From: an uncultured Actinomycetota bacterium
Lineage (GTDB): Bacteria > Actinomycetota > Actinomycetes > JAFAQI01
Assembly: GCA_963770565.1 (NCBI GenBank)
Contig: CAVYQE010000001.1
Coordinates: 992,001-1,056,000 of the forward strand
Length of the DNA stretch: 64,000 bases
Reading direction: 5' to 3'
Both the position numbers and the translations under genes were made by a program. Shown one piece after another: positions 59,510 to 64,000 of this stretch. The first letter of the stretch is position 1. Each line of letters starts with the position of its first letter. The notes beneath the pieces were generated by a model. It worked only from the letters and a program-made list of their open reading frames with translations. It had not been told where the DNA came from and searched no databases.

Positions 59510-60447
59510 TCGCTCAGGTGGGCGCGAAAATACTCGATCGTCTTTTCAAGCCCGTAGCGCCAGGTCGATCTTGGGCTCCCAGCCGAGTACGTCGCGCGCG
59601 AGCGTGATGTCCGGCTGGCGAATCGTCGGATCATCCTCAGGCCGCGCGATGAACGTCAGCTCGCTGGTCGAGCCGCACAGGTCACGCACGATCTTGGCCA
59701 GCTCGAGCATCGACACCTCGTGCGGGTTGCCGATGTTGATCGGGCCGGAGTGGCCGGACCAGAGCATCCGCACCGCACCCTCGACCAGGTCGTCGACGTA
59801 CTGGATCGAGCGGGTCTGGCTGCCGTCGCCGGCCACGGTGATCGGTTCGCCGCGCAGCGCCTGACCGACGAACGCCGGGATCGCGCGGCCGTCATTGAGC
59901 CGCATCCGCGGCCCGTGGGTGTTGAAGATCCGGATGATCGCAGTGTCGACGTCGTGGTAGCGGCGGTACGCCATCGTCATCGCCTCGGCGAACCGCTTGG
60001 CCTCGTCGTACACACCGCGTGGGCCGACCGGGTTGACATGCCCCCAGTACGTCTCGGGCTGCGGGTGCTGCTTGGGGTCGCCGTAGGTTTCTGAGCTCGA
60101 GGCGAGCAGGTAACGCGCACCTTTCTCCTTCGCGAGGCCGAGGGTGTGCAGCGTGCCGATCGAGCCGACCTTGAGGGTCTCGATCGGAAGCTGGAGGTAG
60201 TCGACCGGCGACGCCGGCGAGGCGAAGTGCAGGACGGCGTCGACTCGCCGATGACATGGACGAAGTCGGTAACGTCGGCGCGGATCAGCCGGAAGCCGTC
60301 GCGTTCGACCAGATGAGAGACGTTCGCCGGGGTGCCGGTCAGGAAGTTGTCGAGGCAGATCACCTCGGCGCCGTCGTCCAGCAGCCGCTCGCAGAGGTGG
60401 GATCCGAGGAACCCGGCGCCCCCGGTCACCACAATTCGCTTCATCAT
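59506..60447 (-). CDS. UDP-glucuronate decarboxylase-like NAD-dependent epimerase, with two apparent frameshifts (~60245 and ~59560)
   Basis: [10 protein letters not shown] in one frame; HFASPASP and YDEAKR in another; C-terminal [10 protein letters not shown] after a second shift. Confidence 0.82.
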
Positions 60448-60492
60448 TGTCCCCTGTTGCCCTTCCCACCCGTGCTGAGACGATGGTGGCAC

Positions 60493-60565
60493 GGGGTCGT
60501 AGCCCAACGGCAGAGGCACGTGCCTTAGGAGCACGCCAGTGCGGGTTCGAATCCCGCCGACCCCA
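60493..60565 (+). tRNA. tRNA-Leu(TAG), short variable loop, CCA not encoded
   Basis: Acceptor stem GGGGTCG/CGACCCC-A, anticodon stem CGTGC/GCACG with loop CTTAGGA, T-arm GCGGG-TTCGAAT-CCCGC. Confidence 0.9.
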
Positions 60566-60694
60566 CGCCGACCGTGCCTGCTCTCTCGCTCCGCATACAG
60601 GAAACACCCCAGACCGGAACTCTTGATCCGCCATCCGGCCGAATCTCGTTGGCCGCCCGAACCCGGCGTTGACCTATGGTGGGATTGACCGCCC

Positions 60695-61918
60695 ATGAGC
60701 GCCCACCCGATGCCTGACGTCGACGTTGCCGTTGTCGGCGGCGGACCGGCCGGCCTGGCCGCGGCCGCTGAGGCGGCCAGGGGCGGGCTGCGGGTCGTCG
60801 TCCTCGAGCGGGCCCATGCGATCGGCGAGCCGGTCCGGACCAGCGGCGGCAGTTTCGTCAAGCCGCTGCAGGCGATGGGGGTGCCGGCTCGTTGCTACCA
60901 CCCGATCCACCGGATCCGGGTGATCGGGCCGACCACCGAGGCGCTCAAGACCTACCCGCGCGCGGTCGGCTGCGTCCTCGATGTCCGGGGCACTTACCAG
61001 TGGCTGGCCCAGCAGGCGATCGAGGCCGGCGCCGAGGTCCGGCTGCGCGCCCAGGTCGAGGGCCCGCTGCGCAACGGCCGGGTCCGTGGCGTCGCGGTCC
61101 GCGATCCGTTCCGCGGGAAGTACGACGTCACCTCGCACGTCGTCGTCGACGCCAGCGGGCACACCGGTTTCCTGGCCCGCGACACGGGCTTGCGGCCTGG
61201 CAACGAGCGCAGCGCGGTCGGCATGGAGCTCGAGCTGCACAGCCCGGCGTACGACCAGGACGAGGTGATCTTCTGGCTCGGCGACGACGTCGCACCCGGT
61301 GGGTACGGCTGGGCGTTTCCGTGCGGCGACGGCCGGGTCCGGCTCGGCGTCGGCGTGGTGCGGCCGGACAGCGAGGCCGAGCCGCGGGTGCTACTTGATT
61401 CGTTGCGCGAAGAGTTCGTCCGGCTGGTCGGGCCGAGCTCCGGATCCGGCGTGTTGGAGATGCACAGCGGGCTGATGCCGGTGCTCAAGCCGGACGCAAC
61501 GACGCTGGTCGGCGACGGCATCGTGGTGACCGGCGACGCCGCCGGGCAGGGTTCGACGCTGCTCGGTGAGGGAATCCGTTATGCGATCCTCGCCGGCCGC
61601 GGCGCCGGCCAGGCGATCGTCGCGGCCGGCGGGGACTACACCGCGCGCGGCCTCGCGTCGTACCCCAAAGAGTGGCGCCGGATGAGCGGGCGCAACCTGC
61701 GGATCTCCTACGCCGTGAATGAGCGGATCTGTCGCTTCGAGGATGCCGACTGGGATCGGGTCATCCGCCGGATGGACAAGCTCACCCCGCACCAGGCCGC
61801 GGCGGTGTTCTCGAGCTCGTTCAGCCCGTGGTGGGCGCTGTCGGTGCTCTGGACCGACCCGTCACTGGTCCGCTCCGTCTGGCGGGCGCTCAGAAGCCCG
61901 TCGGTGCGTCGAGCTTGA
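60695..61918 (+). CDS. Geranylgeranyl-reductase-family FAD-dependent oxidoreductase
   Basis: [21 protein letters not shown] and GDAAG...GEGI motifs. Confidence 0.88.
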   Translation: MSAHPMPDVDVAVVGGGPAGLAAAAEAARGGLRVVVLERAHAIGEPVRTSGGSFVKPLQAMGVPARCYHPIHRIRVIGPTTEALKTYPRAVGCVLDVRGTYQWLAQQAIEAGAEVRLRAQVEGPLRNGRVRGVAVRDPFRGKYDVTSHVVVDASGHTGFLARDTGLRPGNERSAVGMELELHSPAYDQDEVIFWLGDDVAPGGYGWAFPCGDGRVRLGVGVVRPDSEAEPRVLLDSLREEFVRLVGPSSGSGVLEMHSGLMPVLKPDATTLVGDGIVVTGDAAGQGSTLLGEGIRYAILAGRGAGQAIVAAGGDYTARGLASYPKEWRRMSGRNLRISYAVNERICRFEDADWDRVIRRMDKLTPHQAAAVFSSSFSPWWALSVLWTDPSLVRSVWRALRSPSVRRA

Positions 61919-62369
61919 GGTTGCGCAGCAGCTTGGCGACGTGCCCGGTGGCCTTCACGTTGTAGAACGCGTGCGCGATCTTGCCCTTTGGATCGACCAC
62001 GAAGGTGGACCGGATCACGCCGGTGACGGTCTTGCCGTACATCGTCTTCTCGCCCCACGCGCCGTACGCCGACAAGATCTCCTTGTCCGGGTCGGAGAGC
62101 AGCGGGAAGGTCAGGTCGTGGGTCTCGCGGAACTTGCGTAGCTTGGCCGGCTTGTCGGGCGAGATTCCCACCACCGCGAAGTCGGAGCCGTCCAGCAAGG
62201 CGAGGTTGTCGCGGAAGTCGCAGGCCTGCTTGGTACAGCCGGGGGTCAGTGCGGCCGGGTAGAAGTAGAGGACGACGTTGCGCCCGCGGAACTCCTTCAG
62301 GGTCCGGGTCTGCTCGTCGGCGTCGAGCGCGCTGAAGGCAGGGGCAGGGTCACCGGGGGACAATCGCAT
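61890..62369 (-). CDS. bcp: Thioredoxin-dependent peroxiredoxin (Bcp)
   Basis: LYFYPAA.TPGCTKQACDFRD motif; alternative start at 62393. Confidence 0.93.
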   Translation of the reverse strand: MRLSPGDPAPAFSALDADEQTRTLKEFRGRNVVLYFYPAALTPGCTKQACDFRDNLALLDGSDFAVVGISPDKPAKLRKFRETHDLTFPLLSDPDKEILSAYGAWGEKTMYGKTVTGVIRSTFVVDPKGKIAHAFYNVKATGHVAKLLRNLKLDAPTGF

Positions 62370-62413
62370 GGGATCAGACGCTAGTACGCTCATCACCCGA
62401 CGATGGAGGACAC

Positions 62414-62656
62414 GTGGCGCCGAGCCGGGACCCAGACGCGATCGAGCGGGACATCGAAGCAACCAGGGCCGAATTGGCCGACGCGATCGACGCGATCGCT
62501 GAACGGATGAGTCCGAAGCGGGTGGCATCCCGAGGGGTCGAGGTGCTCCGGGAGCAGGCCACCACGGTCTCGTCCCGGCCGCCGGGTCAGCTGGCCGCGG
62601 TGGCCGCGGTCGTGATCGTCGTCGTGGTGATCTTCTGGCGCCGCCGCTCCCGCTGA
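62414..62656 (+). CDS. DUF3618 family protein
   Basis: RDPDAIERDIEATRAELA..IDAI.ER..P plus C-terminal TM helix. Confidence 0.85.
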   Translation: MAPSRDPDAIERDIEATRAELADAIDAIAERMSPKRVASRGVEVLREQATTVSSRPPGQLAAVAAVVIVVVVIFWRRRSR

Positions 62657-62704
62657 TCGCGACGATGCGAGCGAAATCAGCTCCGGTGCGGCAGACTGCC
62701 CACT

Positions 62705-63160
62705 GTGCGCATCTCGGCGAAGTCTGACTACGCGGTCCGGGCGATGGCTGAGCTCGCCGTGTCCGGCGAGCAGGGCGCCGTCAAGGCCGAGCAGATCGCG
62801 GTCGCCCAGGACATCCCGCTGAACTTCCTGCTGGGGATCCTCCGCGAGCTCCGCAACTCACATCTGGTCCGCAGTCAGCGCGGCCGCGACGGTGGCTACG
62901 TCCTGAGCCGCCCGGCCGCGCAGATCACCCTCGCCGACGTGATTCGCGCGGTCGACGGGCCGCTGGCCAATGTTCGCGATCTCAGCCTGACCGAGCTCAG
63001 CTACCCCGGCGCCGCCGAGTCGCTGCGCGAGGTCTGGATGGCGGTACGCGGCAGCCTGCGTGAGGTGCTGGAGAACGTCACGGTCGCCGATCTGGCGAGC
63101 GGCCGGCTACCCCGCAACGTCAAGACGCTGGCGGCGCGTCATCAGGCCGAACGCAACTAG
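62705..63160 (+). CDS. Rrf2-family transcriptional regulator (no Cys ligands)
   Basis: SDYAVRAMAELA, VRSQRG..GGY.L and RAVDGP motifs. Confidence 0.92.
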   Translation: MRISAKSDYAVRAMAELAVSGEQGAVKAEQIAVAQDIPLNFLLGILRELRNSHLVRSQRGRDGGYVLSRPAAQITLADVIRAVDGPLANVRDLSLTELSYPGAAESLREVWMAVRGSLREVLENVTVADLASGRLPRNVKTLAARHQAERN

Positions 63161-63186
63161 GCCCAACCCGTAGTCCCGGTACGGCG

Positions 63187-64000
63187 CTACTTACGGGTCG
63201 GCCGGCTGCCCTTCGGCAACAGCTCGATCCAGGTGCGGCCAGGAGCCAGATTGATCACATGGCCGCTCGCATCGAGCAGGGTCAGCGCTGAGGTGACCGT
63301 CGGCCGCTTCCAGGTGCCCTTGATGATCTTGCCGTTGCGCATCACCCATACCGGGTTGCTGCCGACCGTCACGTCGAGCGGCGAGGCATTGCCGAGTACG
63401 TCGTGCAGGCCGGTGCTGGCGATGTCGACCGACATGATGACGACGTTGGTCGCGCTGACCTGCTTACCGTTGGTCAGCATGTCCGCCGAGCCGTCCTGGG
63501 TCCGCAGCCAGCTGTTGTGCGACCAGGTCCACACCGCGTTGGCCGCCGGCCAGTTCAGCGAGATGTGTTTGGCTCCGCGCGCGCTCGAGTCGATCGAGCC
63601 GTAGCTGAACAGCGGCTTGGGTGCGGTGAGCTTGGACCGCTTCTGCAGCCCGGCGTGCCGGAGCCGCTTGGTCGAGGAGAACACGTTGTGCGGCGCCGGC
63701 CGCGACAGGTTGCGGTCGAAGTACTGCGGATCGTTGTCCTGCGAGATCAGGACGGTGTCGCCGTGCGCTTCGATCGGCGGCAGGTCCTTGGGGTTGGCAC
63801 CGGAGAAGCCGAGGATGCTGCCGTGCAATAACGCGAGCAGGTCGGCGTCGGTGATCCGGGCCGAGCGAATCGGGCCGACCAGAGGCGCCGCAGTGCACTG
63901 GAAGATCGCCATCAGCCGGGTCAGCCCGCCCTCGACGAGCTCCTCAACCACGATGTCGGCCTGGTTGTCACCGGCCTGCGGGAGCGCCTGGGCAACGTTG
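63187..64000 (-). CDS. DUF3048 family protein (5' end outside the window)
   Basis: ARPQAG...ADIV.EELVEGGLTRL, GPIRSAR, APHN and GRTWIEL motifs. Confidence 0.85.
   Translation of the reverse strand, partial: NVAQALPQAGDNQADIVVEELVEGGLTRLMAIFQCTAAPLVGPIRSARITDADLLALLHGSILGFSGANPKDLPPIEAHGDTVLISQDNDPQYFDRNLSRPAPHNVFSSTKRLRHAGLQKRSKLTAPKPLFSYGSIDSSARGAKHISLNWPAANAVWTWSHNSWLRTQDGSADMLTNGKQVSATNVVIMSVDIASTGLHDVLGNASPLDVTVGSNPVWVMRNGKIIKGTWKRPTVTSALTLLDASGHVINLAPGRTWIELLPKGSRPTRK

Noticed and set aside
60493-61918. tRNA-anchored integrative element
   Set aside because: No integrase, and I found no duplicated tRNA 3' end in the window.

Overview
High-GC actinobacterial chromosome segment in four blocks. 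(1) ~1-28.4 kb: a hypoxia/dormancy (DosR/DevR-type) region with a Zn-alcohol dehydrogenase, cydABDC, two Acg-type nitroreductases, five USP-family genes, two CBS proteins, a DosR-like regulator, a DosS-like GAF kinase, a GNAT/acyl-CoA synthetase fusion, a PAS protein with a degenerate kinase helix and two ABC exporters, with at least six DosR-box-like palindromes in the intergenic gaps. (2) ~28.4-39.5 kb: partial oligopeptide ABC system, secreted His-rich protein, mobA-fdhF-fdhD, F420-dependent nitroreductase and a DUF222/HNH gene. (3) ~39.5-47 kb, the most novel part: a divergent cluster in which a DUF692 (MNIO) oxidase, its DUF2063/RRE-like partner and an acyl-CoA-dehydrogenase-fold flavoenzyme face a Tat-signal IPT/TIG protein ending in a (PT)17 stalk and a 34-aa, 7-Cys repeat tail, followed by a TPST-like sulfotransferase, a JmjC hydroxylase and a P450. 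It looks like a RiPP-type modification system acting on a peptide fused to an exported protein. (4) ~47-64 kb: conserved housekeeping synteny (pncA/pncB, clpS, mec-cysO-cysM, murI, rph, rdgB, tRNA-Leu, bcp) with an inserted AbiEi-like cassette bracketed by palindromic repeats. Three single-base frameshifts (cysM and an NDP-sugar decarboxylase) may be sequencing errors. All family calls come from motif recognition by eye, not database searches.
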